A stretch of DNA of 64,000 bases, taken from assembly GCA_051362555.1 (NCBI GenBank), contig JBPQGU010000016.1, forward strand, positions 1,488,001 through 1,552,000. Reading direction: 5' to 3'. Source of the stretch: Lingula anatina (taxonomy: Eukaryota > Animalia > Brachiopoda). Position numbers and translations under genes: made by a program. Positions 13,430 to 29,088 of this stretch are shown here, piece by piece. How positions within the stretch are numbered: position 1 is the first letter of the stretch; each line of letters starts with the position of its first letter. The notes below the pieces were generated by a model. It saw only the letters and a list, made by a program, of their open reading frames with translations, had not been told where the DNA came from and did no database searches.

Positions 13430-13521
13430 CACTACGACACAGAAACGGACCGGATAATGAACTTTTGAAATCAGTGGAAAGACAAAAAAAAAATGCATGG
13501 CATAAAAGAACCATCGAGCAA

Positions 13522-13683
13522 CAGGGGCGGCTCCAGAGGTGTTTTTGACAGTTTTCCAAATTTTTTGGTCAATCCTTAATTTTTTGACCGTCTTCCGACA
13601 GAAAAATTACATACCTGTCAATATAAACTTGAAAATCTGACGGTCTTCCAGAAGACCCAGAAGACGGCTTCAATCCGTCCCTG
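13522..13683. mobile_element. Short non-autonomous DNA transposon, CAGGGGCGG termini
   Basis: AGCAA|CAGGGGCGGCT ... AATCCGTCCCTG|AGTAA (near-perfect 5-bp TSD). Confidence 0.6.
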
Positions 13684-16600
13684 AGTAAGGCGACTTATTC
13701 CGGCTACCCTCTCAGGTTTGCCTGGTAGGAGTTGGGTGAACTGGACACCCAAACAGAAAAAAAAAAAAAAAACTGGATCTGCTAAGGATCTGTGGATCAT
13801 TCCAGAGCATTGTATAATGACATGTAATAAGTTGAGAATTGTATAAATGTTATAAGTGAAAGGTGGTAAAAGCCATTTACTTTTTGGCTATAATTATAAT
13901 TGAATACATATATATGGAAAAATATATCTTATAATGAGTCTTCTATATAAAATATGAAATTAGATGCATTAACTACCATTTAAACTGAGTTATTATCATG
14001 ATAATGAGTATTATTCCTTTGTTGTTGTTGTGAATGTATCTCACCAGAATATGATAAAGTTTTAATTCTCATGAAAATATAAAATTTATACTGACTTCAT
14101 AATAATTCCGCCGGGTATAAGGGACTCCAATCCGACTACAGAAACTTCTAGATCCGGTTCAGGATTCCGGGCTTGGGTTTTAGCCTGGTGAGAAAATCAA
14201 CTCGACATCACAGTTTAGTTAAAAAAAATCAAAACTCTTTTTAATTCCCAGGACGTTGCCTGTTTTTATACAAGACATCGGCGTGACAGCCCTGTGATTG
14301 TACAGTATCTAAGTTAGACAATTAAGTCTAGATAAAATTAGTTAAGTGCAATAACTGCACAGACGTTAAATAAAACCAATTAAAGTTAGATAAGAGCAAT
14401 TACCATGCTAATACGAGCCGCGTGCCCATGCCCGCGACTTCATTAAAATCAGTAAACATGTCTGGGAAATATTTTGTGGTCTGCACAATGTGCATAATGT
14501 CTGGGGAGTTGAAGGAATTGAGAAATGAAACTCGGGGGTGAATCTGAGGGGAAGAAGACATGAAGGCAACGGCGGAAAGAAACCAGCATTGCTTAATCAC
14601 GGTGCTCATATATCCCATTATTTGAAGTCCATATGTCCGTAGTAAAAATTCTCCAGTGCAGAGAGAAAAATCGGTGTAAGTAATGACTGTACATCGACGC
14701 ACCGTTGCAGACCATAAACCCCGTCATCTATTACACCAAATAAATTTTAATTAAATTAATGACAAGTCAGGACCAATGAAAATACCCAGATAGTCCGCCA
14801 CAGTTTTTCCCTTTAGTTCGTGGTTGATACACGCCAGTATTGTTTTTGTCTTCGGGGAGAACTGAATGGAGCGAACCGTAAAGAAGCACCCCACTAAAAT
14901 GTAAGTGAATTAACAATCTTGGTTTTTTTATAACATCATTCAAAGGATTATCCATAAACGCGGGTGCTGATTAAATAGTTGATAATTTTTCTTCAGTGCA
15001 CAATGTCGACTTTGTCGTCTTCTTTTATTCAAAGCAGAGGATCATTTTCTACCATTAATTATTGAAAGGTTTTTCCTCGATCATTGCAAAATGATTATTT
15101 CGTGCCTTTGCCTTTAGTAGTCTTTAAATGTGATTCGAGTCTCGAATTTTTAAACTGTTTATTGATGAAAAGTTAAGCAAAGAAATACGTAACAAGACTG
15201 GCTTGTTTCGAAACTTCAGTATCCGAGCATGTGCACACGTGTGTGTGCAAATATGCGTGTGTGCGTGTGTGTGTGTGTGTGTGGGGGGGGGGGGGAGCGT
15301 TGTGTGCCTGTGAGCAGAATATTCAGGTTTCCCAATGTTCACATGTTCACAACAGTTTTGAAATCGTCAATGCTGTCGCAGTATAGAACTCCAAAATAAT
15401 AATATGAAAAAATGGAGTTTCATCTCATGGGGAAAAGTTTTAAAGTCGAACAAAAATGAATCAGAAAAAATTGAGGTATTTGTGCTTGAAAGAGAGAAAA
15501 AAACTTTTCCGTTTTAAAATAAAATCTACTGGAGTTTTATCTTAAGTAAAACATGGGCATTCGATGAACAGTCAAATCCTGCTGTTTTCTCGAAAGAACT
15601 TGTTTTAAGTGGCTACATTACTTTTTTTATCAACTTATTATTATTATTATTATTATTCAAGCCCTTATTTTTTGTGTTTTTAATCAATATGATGCTGTGC
15701 ACGACTTCACATTCCTGGCAAAACGACTTTGCTGTCAACTGTAACACTATAATGTACCCCACCAAAGGTTGATGCTGATACTTATTCCATTATTCATACC
15801 AATTGCAATTACTAGTCCGCAGAGCCCCAAATCACACCATGTGCGCATGCGAGCATTATTTTATAAACAAGTTTACTTAAGTGTAAGAACGTATACTTTA
15901 AATAAAATTAATCCTTAACGTATAAGAAAATACTTTAATGAATATTCATTTTAAGCATTATTCTTTGGTTGCCCTGAGTAATTTAATTTTTATAGTCGTG
16001 AAATATATGTCGTATATCGCTGTCAATACAATAAGGGGCATCATCAGCGGTGTTGTGTAGTGAGGATATGTCACTGCTTTTCTTCAATTAATATATCTGA
16101 AGGTGAATGAATAAAACTACTGTAACTGCTATAATCTTTGTAATTTCCTTTTTACACCAGATGTTCTGCACAAAACATTTACATAGCTGTCAAATTCCAT
16201 GAAGCGTTAACGTTGGAGAGTTAAACGTGAGGTGGCTCATGTAGCTACATCTCAACCTTAACCGGTGGGACACATTATAAGCATGTAATTAATAGACTAA
16301 GACACCGTTAACTGCCGGTAAAAGGCGTTTATGGACCGTGATACATAAAATACAACTTATTTTTACTACAACCGCAATACCAATGTGAACTTTGCCCAGC
16401 GTTGAAACATTTGATGTGAAGTGGGCCTAAATTGGCCAATTAGTTCAAATGTATGAACCATGCTTGTTTAATTTTGTCATAGTTACTGTGGGAGACTCTC
16501 GCATAACTTGAGGACAGGACTGCATGTCACCTGGTAGGGCCAGAACAAAATTTTATTGAAATTGTTAAAATATGCGTGGGGTCAGATTAACGCAAGAAAT

Positions 16601-17545
16601 TTCACCAGGGTCGAAGTTTTTGTCCTTAGGGCCATTAGACAAGAGAACCCATGACCTAAAGCTGGCTTTAAAACTTTTATATCAAATCATTTTGTCTTCA
16701 TTTATCAAAGATAGGAGGTGATAGTTGCTCATTTATATTGACATTGAGCCTTTAAAAAGTAAAGTGATGACTGACGTTTTTCATGGGTTTAAATTATTTT
16801 GTATTGAAATGAAGAACAATTTTCGGCGGAAGTGTCTCTGTTAAATGAATTGAATCCTTGCACGCACGTATTACAAAAACAAATTAATAGAGAGTTCATT
16901 TTTAGCACTTTTCCTTGTTGGCCTTGAGAAATTAATTTTTTCCAATCTTGACAAATGATCAACATAGAGCCTGGATATATTTTAAGCAAACTGCTCAAAC
17001 TGGTTGTTTGAAAGCAAAGAAACGCGCCAACTGTTTAAGGGAATTAAGGTGGTATGCCTCGTTGTCCTCCTAAGAATGGGTTACTTATACTAGTATTGGG
17101 GAAGACATATCATTCGTTGTCAAGGCAACATGAAGAAGCATAGGGCTCGTCTCTACCCCAGGTCAGCTGAGGATGACGTCATTTCATGGAAAAAAAAACA
17201 GTCCAGAAAGGTGAACAGCCAGTGGATGACCAGAGGAATTTTTATGGATTTGTTCTGGAGTGTAGCATGTGACTATTTGTTATGATGATTTTGAAAATCT
17301 TATGTGGATTCGATACATCCCTTTATTACAATGAATGACGCATCTAACGCGTTTTATAAGTTTTTAACAAGCATCCTTCAAAGCTTTTACTTTAGCAAGG
17401 AGCACTGGCGTATCCGTCTTGGTTGACTATCACAAGCCGACAGCAAGATTAAACTAGTCCTTGACATTCTTGTGCATAAACGTGACCGCTCTCGTATAAT
17501 TAGTTCAATCAGGGAAACGTCCATATCCCAGACATACAGCACTCA

Positions 17546-17793
17546 GGGCCCAGTTTCACCAACACTGGATAGCATTATCCTATGGATAACACTATCCACT
17601 GGATAGAATTGTTATCCTCTACAAAGTTATCATGAGGATAGCAGCCATTTTTCACCACCGGGTAGTTATGTCAGAGACAAAAATAAGTATTTAGTGTTTA
17701 GAAAACATTACTTAACCCACCGGATAACAATTCCATCTAATAGATAATGTTATACGGAGGACAGCGCTGTCCACTGTTGATGAAACTGGGCCC
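17546..17793. mobile_element. PIF/Harbinger-type MITE
   Basis: TIR GGGCCCAGTTTCACCAACA / TGTTGATGAAACTGGGCCC, flanked by TCA/TGA (TNA target). Internally palindromic. Confidence 0.8.
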
Positions 17794-17939
17794 TGACTGT
17801 TTGATTTGTTATGATACAAATATTTTCAAGACAAATATATTAGAAACCATGCAAAACACATCTATCTATCTATCTATCTAGCTATCTATCTAGCTATCTT
17901 TTTGATTATTTTCTCAAATGTTTCAGGAATTTAGTGGGA

Positions 17940-20267
17940 ATGGTAATGGCAGTGGCATTAATTAGCGAAGTTGCACATGCAAATATTTATAACCAGCAAC
18001 CGTGGTCTCCAAACGTAGCGGGGAACTCGGGCAATTTCTTCTTCAATGCGGGAGCAGCGCAGGCCCCCAACTTCTTGTCACCGTGTGTTAGTGGAAGCAG
18101 TTCCTCGTGCAGCAACCCCGGTCCTAACACTGGTGGCTTGCCCTCCTGGATATTTGCCTCACCCAACTCCCCCACGACCTCGGCCCCACGGTCAGGGCAG
18201 GCACCGCCATCTAGTGGAGCATGTGGGATATTCCCTTGGTTATGTCATGGTACCAATCCGCCGCCATCCTCAGGACCAAACGTGGCACCGCCGCCGTCTA
18301 CAGTAGCGCCTCCGCCGCCGCCAAGTTTTTGCCAGCAAAACCCGTGGGTGTGTCGTGGCCAAACTGCTGCCCCTCCACCAACAACCATAGGTAGGAAAAA
18401 CATTTAAGGGACGATTCCCAGACCCTATCGTGCTAACTGTGGATCGTTCTATCTCCGAGGGGATTCTCGCTAAATTGCAATCACCTTTAGCTGTAAATAT
18501 GGCTGTCCTCTTATCCATTATAATCCTCGCCGATTCTTAGGCTAGTTCGCTTGTTCCTCTTGATTACGTCTCATACGTAGGCCTACTGCACTTGTTTTTA
18601 AATCCTCATTTGTACATGCACATGATTAGTCAATATAGACGCGCTAAAATCGGTGCTCAAACACCTTTTCATATTATTCCTAGTATCGTTAACAAATTTG
18701 CTGGACGTAATGGATAATAAGATGAAGACTATATGCTCTGCCCAGGAACACTATTAACAAATATCATTATGCAAAACACTGTTGAAGTGATGTGTTTCCA
18801 GTGTAGATGATTTTCATTACAGCAATTGCTCCATCGACAACGGAGCCACCTGCAGTGAATTCGCTGTGTGCTATAATTCCATGGACGTGTCCGTCACAGA
18901 CGCAGTCTCCCCAGTCTACAACAACTACACCTCCACCCCAAGGTATGCATGAGCCTGAACATAACACACACGCGCACGCACGCACACGTATGCATTCCTA
19001 CACGTCATGCATGAACACTTCTGACATGTCACTTTCAGAGTTTTTAACTTACTGAAAGTTTCCATTTTAAAATGGACCTTTCTATTTCAAATAATATTGA
19101 ACCCAATAATCGATTTGAAACTTTACATCCACTATACAAATTTACCTTTTTGTAACAGGTAGGTATCTGATAGGATATATTAAATTAAACACATCGGTAT
19201 ATTGATTGAGCCGTTCTACCTCATCCATTTTTGCTTTAGTAATACTTTTTTTTCCAAGTCAGTATCTTTCAAAGGATGGGGTATTACAATAATGTCATCT
19301 TCGGATACATGGCATTGTTAACTTACATTGGTTCCGGAGAAAGCACTGACATTGATATATTCCACTTTCAGCTCCGGGTGGTGCCGCATGGAATCCATGG
19401 TGCTGGTTGTCCCCAGGGCTGTGCTCAACACTCGGTGCCACGCCCCCTCCAACAACTGCCGCCCCGCCCCCAACAACAGCAGGTGATACCCATACCTCAT
19501 GCTTACTTTGGCACCGTGTCATAATTATACGAATGTACTTCATAAAAATAAAAGCAAACTAATTTTCATTGGAATACAAACAGGCAATAGTACATTATCG
19601 TCAGGTACCTTCTTAAGCCACACAGACAAAAATGTATGACAAATGGAGGAGTGGTTTGCTTGATCACAGTATGTGAAATTGAAATGTTTGCAAATGGTAA
19701 TAGGTTTGAATAGAAAGAAAGACTACGTTTCAGTTATGTAATTTATTTTCAATTGGCAATAGGCAATAGTGTGTATACTGGAATCGCGATCAAAACCCGT
19801 AACCTACATAACCGCATCCCGCCCACGTTTGTCGTTTGAAATGCAAAAGTATAGCAGTCCAGAAGTCCGCTTCACGTACAAAATATTTGATCGCCATTTT
19901 TTCCAGGTGATAATCCCCTGTGTGCGTTTTCGCCAATGTTCTGTCCGCAAGGGAACCCTCCTTCCGCTGCGGCTCCTAACACCGGTACACCGAAGCTCGA
20001 TTTCTTAAGTTTCAGTTTTTACAAATAAAACTTAATTAAAGTGAGGTATTGACAAGAAACGCAGTTTGTAATTATAAAATAACTATATATTTCAATTTAT
20101 TATCAAATACTACTTTGATCACAGCTTAATTATTTATTAATGTTAGCGATGTAAGGATGTTGTGCGTATTTTGAAATCTGTCAATCGTTTTCAGGAGCAG
20201 CCTTTCCATCTGGTGTACAAGCCAGCGGTTAGTATGTTTGTATGAAGACACTTGTTCATTTTGATCT

Positions 20268-20322
<55 letters not shown>

Positions 20323-22095
20323 GTAATAATAAAACATAGCATATTTGTAATTGTCTGATGCGTATGCTGTCTGTTTTAATGAGTTTTTGTAATAAAAAAC
20401 ACGTGAACAATTATCAGGACAATGACAATATTTATATCTTATACATTGATTATTGTTATTATTATTATTATTATTATTATTGCAACTTTTTTTACCTGTG
20501 TGTGTGCCCTAATTAGTAAGCAGTACGACTATTAAAAACGAAGAAGATAACTACTTGTACAGTCCTGTTGTGACAGGAATGATAGCCCTAGGAGTCCGGG
20601 CCCAAATGATTAGTACAGATGAGGGTTTGTCGGATCATTGAGGTAGTCGGACGAGTGCCACCTCTACAAAGTAATGAGGAACGGTCAACGGTTCCGAGCT
20701 GACTACAATTCCTGTAACATCGGTTCACTTCTGCACACAGAATTTTTGATTGCGTTTGCAAAACTTTTCAGTGGGTTTTCTATGTCGAGTTTTGACAATC
20801 GAGCTTTTTAAATATCTTTTATTAACTAAAAATAAGGAAAACATAAGTGATTGACAGACCATGTATGTGTTGGGAAGAAATGGAAACTTGGGCCCTGGAC
20901 TAATCATTCAATAGCTTTGGATGATGCTAACGTCTTTTTATGTTTTAGGCCAATAATTTTCGTCAAACGTTCTTACGAAAACCAAACGTTTATACTAGGT
21001 GAACTTAAAGTTATTGGGAGAAAGCCACACCCACATTTATTTGAAAACTTAAAATTATGTCTGTCATGCATTTTGCAGCTGCCCATGTCCGCCATTACTA
21101 TGTAGCAGTCAAGGAGATAGACTGGGACTACGCCCCGCTGGGAAATCAAGTACACAGTCGTCTAGACAGGTATAGGGCCTTTGGACTTCCAACCCTGGTC
21201 GTTGACTGCTAAGTTTTGACCTAAGTTTGAAATGATACGATTTTGATTATCTAAAGGTTGGATTTTAAAGTTACGTAGATATATAGGTTTAATTTTTATT
21301 ACACGCATTATTAGCACGCATGGCTGATAAATGGTGAATCTAAATTTACTTGTGTATAACTCTTATTATTAAGTCGTCAATTCAATAATAACTGTTTTGT
21401 CATCTTGTCATCTTGTCTAGAATTCAAGAAAAAAAACTTTATCACGCTTAACAGGGATTGACGCAATATGTAACAACTATTCATTGTGCCATATGACTTC
21501 ACGCACACGTGTTTTCAGTTTTGCCGCCAAGTACCTTGATACTTCTGATCCAAACAGTTTTGGGAAGGTGTTCAAGAAAGCTGTATACAGGGAATTCACG
21601 GACGATACCTTCACACAGGAGAAGCCGCAGCCGAGCCATCTCGGTACGTTTACTATGTTGTGCATCGTATGCAAAGCAGAGGGTGGAGGGATGGTGGAGG
21701 AATTAGGGGATATTATACCAGGGGCGGATCCAGGATTATCTGAAGGGGAGGTCCGGAACGACAGGCATCGCCCCCTTGGTGTGGAGTTCGGGGCCTGCTC
21801 AAGGGCTCCGAATTTTTTTGTGTTTTGGAGAGCAAACTATGCCCTTTAGTACGGTTTAGCTTCTATGAATTAGCTAGTCAAATTTCTGATTTCAAAGAGG
21901 GGAATGTTGGTGTGATATGTTTTTCAGAAAACGAAGGGGGGGGGGGGGGAGTCAGGACCCCCTTGAACCCCCCCCCCCTCTAAATCCGCCACTGTCTTAC
22001 AGTAGTAGTTGAGAAAGTTGTGATTATGGTTCATAATTAAACTAAGACGAAATAGTTTTACATATATTTAACAAAATTGTCACAACGACCCTGTA

Positions 22096-22150
<55 letters not shown>

Positions 22151-25100
22151 ACACGCTGTAATTTTTAAATATTTTTTTTAATTTAATCTTATTTTTTGAC
22201 GTTTAAGGTCTACTGGGTCCTACTATTCGTGGAAATGTCGGCGAGGTCATGCGGATCAAATTTAGAAATATGGCCACTCGGCCCTACACCGTCCATCCCC
22301 ACGGCGCCGCCTATGTGAAAAAACACGAAGGTATGCACATGTTTAAAGCCGCATTCAGATCAATGGACTAAACAATTTGAGGGTCAAAAATGGTGACCAT
22401 TTATATATATGCTTGCCGGTTAATTCGCTAATAGGCATTAAAAAGATTCCCCGTGTAGTGGGGACGTATACAAGAGGGTCGGCCATAATTGACCCTCGGA
22501 TTAGTTATTACAGTGTTCTGAATGCAGCTTAAAACCGAAAAAGAGCTTCATCTTGTATAAATCCTTAGAATGCCCTTTTCTCGATGACAAAAAGAGACCA
22601 TGAAGAAGCAATAACAGTTAGAACGCTAAATAATTACACCATAACTTTCTCTTGCCGCAAAACACCAGTCGTACGTTATATGGCAAGCCAGCAATTATCA
22701 GAATTTAACCTATTGTACAATTTATGGTATATGATTTGTAAATTATATATATCCGTAACACTTGTATTCCATTTTAACAGAACATTTGAGGCTTCTTAAT
22801 GTTCATAGTTAATTTTTAATTTTGATGTGAACTTACATACTTTTACAACTTGAACCTTTGGGTACCAATGATTTTGATAAAAGTTATTACTGCATTATTA
22901 TTTAAACATTATTATTACCACTAGGGGCGCTGTATACGGACGGTACGTCAGGAGATGACAAACTGGACGACATGGTCAATCCAGGACAAACCATCACTCT
23001 GGACTGGCTGCTGTCTAAGGAGCATAGGGGCGCTCCTGCCACGGGGGATCCCAACTGTCTTCCCTGGACCTATCACGGTCACTTGAACCCCATTGCCGAC
23101 GTGCAGTCGGGCCTCATGGGAATCTTGTTGATATGTAAAGAAGGTAACTGTCATTTGCCGGTAATCTGTACTTCTTATTTCACTTGTTCATAAAATGTAC
23201 TTCTGTTTTGTATGGGGTTTTTGAGAGAGAGACAAAAAAACAAATTTTTAAAAAAATCTGATGGCGTTTTTATTCATTTATCAATTTACTTTCATTCAAA
23301 TATTTGTGAATGTTTGTCATGATTATTATGTAATGTCATATATTTTGGGAAATCATTTAAGGCACCTTGGACGAGGATAACGTACGGCGTGACGTGGACA
23401 AGGAGTTCATATTGCTATCACACATCATAGACGAGTCGATGAGCTGGTATTTCCAGGAGAATGTGGCCAGGCAAGTAAACAGCAATAAAACATCTGTATG
23501 AAAACTGTTAAAACTCACTTAGGGCCTTTACTTTTAAATTTCTGTATGTAGTTTGGCACAGTGCAGTGTGCAAGCTGATACTCGGTGTGTACACGTCTCT
23601 AATTGACGTCATATATGACGTCACTTGTTATCACCTTCACATTATTTTTTTGTTCTTGTGTTTTATTTGCTACCTGTACATGGTTCCAACCTTTCTCAAA
23701 CAGGGATGCCCGCGTTGCATGCCACGCGATGTGAAAACCTACACTTGTTATATTCACTTTAGCCACATAGTTCTCAGTATTCTTACTCATTTGCAGATTC
23801 GCACCTCATGCGGACCAGAATTCTCCATCGTTCGCCACCAAGTTCCACACCATCAACGGCTACATCTACGGGAACGTCCCTGGCTTGGAGGCTTGCTCTG
23901 GTGACAGAGTGGCGTGGCATATGATAGGACTGGGCAACGAAGACGATCTTCACCCCCTGACTATCAACGGTCAGGTACTGGAGTATAACCATCACAGGTA
24001 AGGAAGGGGGGTAGGGAATAGGTTGGGGGGGAGGGGGGGTGGGAGTAGTTTTTGCGGGTTCTCAAGATTCGAAACATCTGGGGGTGTTCTCTTGATTTCA
24101 AACGTCTGAAATCATAAGAAACCCCCACCCCAAATCCACAATCTTAATGTCAGGTGGAAATCGTCACTGGAGACAGTCTTCGAAGCCTCGTGGCCCTGAC
24201 GATGGTGGTGGTGGTTGGGGGGGGGGGGGGGCTTATTGTCTCAACACAACGCAAATCGATCTTTGTTACCTTTACGAGTAAAACATATATAGCTGTATCG
24301 GTAGATTTCTCATTTATTTTAATTATTTGCTTATCCTTATCCTCTGTTTCATTTACTTAAAATTTCACCTGCCGTACGTGTGTTCGTTTCGTCCGTTTTT
24401 ATCGCACTATTCTTTCAAACTGTTGTATACAGGTCATGCACCTATACCATTGTATGAACTATAGTATGTATACACTTTATAAAGATGTAAGTTTTCGTTA
24501 TTTTCAGAACCGATGTAATTGCGCTGTTTGCCGCCAAATTCTCTGCAGCGTATATGACGGCGGGAGATGTTGGAAAGTGGATTATCAAATGTCAAACGGC
24601 TGATCATCATTTTGGTAATCACGGCAACACACCATGTACATGCATATAAAAGTCGCTCTGGCATGCGTTTCGTATCTTATTATTGTCCAAATTAGCAACG
24701 GAAAAACCCCTTTTTTCATATCCACTTGACTGTGTTACACAAGGTACAGAACCATTGTACGAGTATGCCTTGCAAAATAGAACCTTCAATCAGCCTACTA
24801 AGACTCTCTATCGTGCCGTAGAACGTCGATTACCAAGTTGAATTTTGGCTGAATACATCACGTTGGTCATTTCAGAGGGAGAGCAGGCCTTCCTTCACGT
24901 GAACCCCTCGTGCGGCAAAACCCCTCCTTACCATTCCCTGAATGGCCAGACCCGGACTTATTACATCGCAGCGGTGGAGAAGCGATGGAGTTACGACGGG
25001 GGTTCCGGGCTGAACGGATACGAACGTGGATTGGCTTTCCTGAATGATCCAAGCCAGTAAGGGAACGGTGCTCTGTATGCGTTATGATACACAATGGACA

Positions 25101-25676
25101 ATAGAAGTGTCACCCCTACTGAACCAATACTTTAGAGGAGATAAATGACTGTGGAATGATATGCTCCTAGTATCATTTTATTAACATCAAACTTAACAAA
25201 AAAATGTAGACAAGGCATTATAACTACTCAAGATCTGTCTAATTTATTTAATGATTACTAGATATTTATTTGATTAACCTGATTCAGAGGGTGAAAATTC
25301 TATTGTCCATTGTGTGTAGAACAGATAGGGAAGCACATTCAGCCATTCTCTAGCAAATTCATCATTTTTAAAATAAATATCACCGTAAATGAGTCAAATA
25401 TACAGTATATCAAGTAGAAGGATGAAAATGTCCATTTTTTCTTCGAAATAACAATATATAGCTCTTATTCTAACCTGTAAATCTTTATTAAACGACTTAA
25501 AAGTAACATTACCTAAGCACTGGATCTGTTAAAACAATATCCCCTCACAGTTGTGTTACGTTAACGAGATGGGTTCACTGAAACCATGGAGAGGTCAACC
25601 TTAAAAAACCCACTTACGCTGGCGTTGATCAACTTTTATCACATTTTTATGAATTTTTGAATTTTATTTCGTGTTA

Positions 25677-25717
<41 letters not shown>

Positions 25718-28700
25718 GGACCAAAAGCGACAGAAAGTCAGGGCAACAACTACTTGTACTATGTATAATACAAACATTAAGTTTAAATATGTTTGCAATT
25801 ACAGAGAGTCCAGCAAATACTTTACAAAAAATGCACACCGCACAGGCGGTACTTACTGGAAGATCTTATATGAAGAACATACAGACAGCACATTTACGAC
25901 CGTAAAACCAAGACCACTGTCCAAACACCATTATGGTCTTCTTGGCCCCGAGATTGCTGCCCAGATAGGAGACACCATTAAGGTATGGACTTTAGTACCG
26001 ATGTTTGTTTGATAAAAAAAAATCAGTAGTAGGCTGCTAGCAACGAGTCGACTGAGGCACGTACGTTTCGCAAAGTATCTTTAAGTCTGCTTATCTCTTT
26101 TTCTTCGGGCTTATTGTTAAGTCTTTAGATCAAACTGTGTTGGTTGTGACAAAGAGTTTTACTCTTAGTAATGACAGTAAACCATTTTGTTGGGTCCAAT
26201 ACATTTACAGTCCTTCTGAAGAGCTCGAAGACTGTATAGCAGTGTACATTGTGTTCTTAAGCCCCAAACCAAAAATTGTTTGTGAAACAGGTGCAAGGTA
26301 TATTTATACCTTTGATCTCTCTGGATATGTGCATAAACATTTAAACTGTGATCAAGACTAGTGTCAGTATTTTCAAATCGTAATATCCAGATTAATTACC
26401 GGCAAAAATAAATAAAGAAATAAATAAACACAAAAAATCACATTAATTCTCACCTTTCCTGCCGTGTATGCAGGTAGTTTTCAGAAACCTTGCCCCCAGC
26501 TCGGGAAGACGATTTTCCATTCATCCACGTGGAGTGAAGTACGACAAACAAAACGAGGGAGAGGATTACAATGATGGAACAGCAGGTGCGTTGTTGTTGT
26601 TGTTGTTGTTTTTGAGTACTACATGTATTTGGACTACGCTATTAAAATAGTGAATTTTGCCTATGTCACATTTCAGCAAAATCCCAATGGGCCTTACAAA
26701 TCAAAAGCGAAAAACTACCGATTGTTTATTTTTAAAAAAGTCTAAAGTCTGAATCTAAGGCACACTGACTACATGTATAATCAATGTTTATTTAAAGGAT
26801 AACTTTATCAATTACTAACGGTATTTGCCGTTTAAAATTGTAATTCTAAGACCCCATTCCGATAGATATTAGATCGATTTATCCCTGTGGAGAGTCTCAC
26901 TAGATTACTGTCAGCTTAACCGGCTTAAGCGTCTGTCCCGCCTACTAAAAGCTGTAAGTGGGTAATTAACTATGGTGCTCGCTTGGCGGACTGCAATTTA
27001 GCGTGAACCCCCAAGGAGTTAGTCGATCTAAATCTTAATCTCTGGATCGATCTAAATCTCTGGGAATGCACCCTAAAATAATCTCAATTTCTTTATATGT
27101 TACTTGCAATTTTTTTTATCAGTAGGCAATATATTCCATAATTTTGGGATATTTTTAAAAGTCCCTTAGAATGTGCGTTTGCCCTTTACCCACAATGCTT
27201 GCTGATCTCTTGATGGTGTAGAAATTGTTCCTATGATAGTAAAGATCAAGGTCACAAGAGAGTAGGTGTCAACTCACCCCACTGACAGGGAAAAAAACTT
27301 CCAGTCTAAATATGAAGTTAACGGACCCAAAAATAATTTCTTTGGGACATTTGGGGTATTTATCTCTCCAAATATTTACACTCTCAAATATGGAATAGCA
27401 TGTTCAATTCTAAGCAAATTTTCCAACCAGGCCTTATGGACTAGAAAGAGATACTTGGATTTCTGTTTGAATGGTGAGTTTTTTTTCTTAATTTTCATTC
27501 TAGACGGTGGAGTGGGCTATCAACAAACCCGCACCTACACGTGGACCGTGCCTAATTCCTACGCACCTGAGCGTGCAGATTCAAAATGTATTACATATAT
27601 GTATCACTCCGCCATTGACCCAGTTAGAGATGTGTTCTCAGGTCTGATTGGTCCTTTGGTTGTTTGCAGACAAGGAGAACTGGCAAGGGTAAGTGTTCCG
27701 ACAGCAGAGGCCGTTTTTGTACAAACGGCAAGATCCACGAAAGATGCAGATAAGATACGTTCGTACCTAATATTATGTTCACGTAATTTAGAGACAAAGA
27801 ACGGAGCATATATGAGCATATGTCAAAATGCCTGTGCAGATTTTCTAATATTTGTATATCGATTTCAGTTAATGATATGTTTTACCACTGCGCGCTAACA
27901 AACATGCATTTTATAAAGAAAAAAAAAAAAACTTTTGAATTACCATTCAGCGAGGCAATGAATTCACTCTGCTCTTCGCCAATTTCAACGAAAACCTGTC
28001 ATGGCTACTAGACAAGAACGTCTTGGAGTTTGCCTCCCCTGCGGCTCCGAGCTCGCCCGGATTTGAAGAGTCAAATATCATGAGCAGTGAGTGTTTTCCA
28101 CTACTGTTAAAACTAAGGTCTTATTATAAATCACATTTCATATGAATACAGCCCGGAAAATTCGTTATAATGGTAGTTACATTCTATCAATAAATTTAAC
28201 AGGGTATGTAATGGTCTGTGTGCAGGTGATGTGGTTAAGCAACTTACTTAAAAGATTATCCATTTTATCGATGATTTATTCATTAATACATCCACTTATC
28301 TTAAGAATCAGCCATCCACTTTATGTGCTTACCTTGAATATACGACAAACCTTGAGGACTTCCTCTCCAACTTTTTGGTTATAATTTTGATAAATAAAAA
28401 GGAACCAAAAATCCTTTTTTTCTTATCTAGGCATCAACGGATACTCGTATGGCAACCTACCTAAACCAACTATGTGTTTAGGAGATGAAGTAACATGGCG
28501 TCTGCTTGCAATAGGAAACGTCATTGACATGCATATCCCTACCTTCAGTGGCAACACGTTCACGAGATTTGACGGGAATACGCGAGACTCCGTGTCCCTG
28601 TTTCCCGGAACTACAGAGACACTCACTATGACAACCGTAAATAAAGGTAAATTGAAATGTTACTTGTAATTTAAAGTTCATTGTTTCAGACCTATTTTTA

Positions 28701-28939
28701 TTAAAGTTTTAGTTAAGTTTTTTTTAAAATAAAATTCATTAAAAACAATGAATAAGTTATTCAGGATGTAATTGTTGGGGTTAATGTTTGATATTGTTGC
28801 TGTCAAGGTACGAAAACAGCATACTATATATTCGACCCTTCAGTGTCAATTTACTTTTTATCCACTTAGACGAGATTCCAATGAGCATTTTGTTTATTAG
28901 TAGGTAGATTCCCAATATGCCCCAGTTTTTCATTAACTG

Positions 28940-28998
<59 letters not shown>

Positions 28999-29031
28999 GT
29001 AAATATGCCGGATTCATATGGAATATATGCC

Positions 29032-29088
<57 letters not shown>

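Noticed and set aside
11644-17939. Iron-responsive element (CAGUGN stem-loop) near the ferroxidase UTRs
   Set aside because: The CAGTG instances inspected by eye (e.g. ~14994, ~17220) lack a pairing 5-bp stem. The search was not exhaustive and a covariance-model scan is needed.
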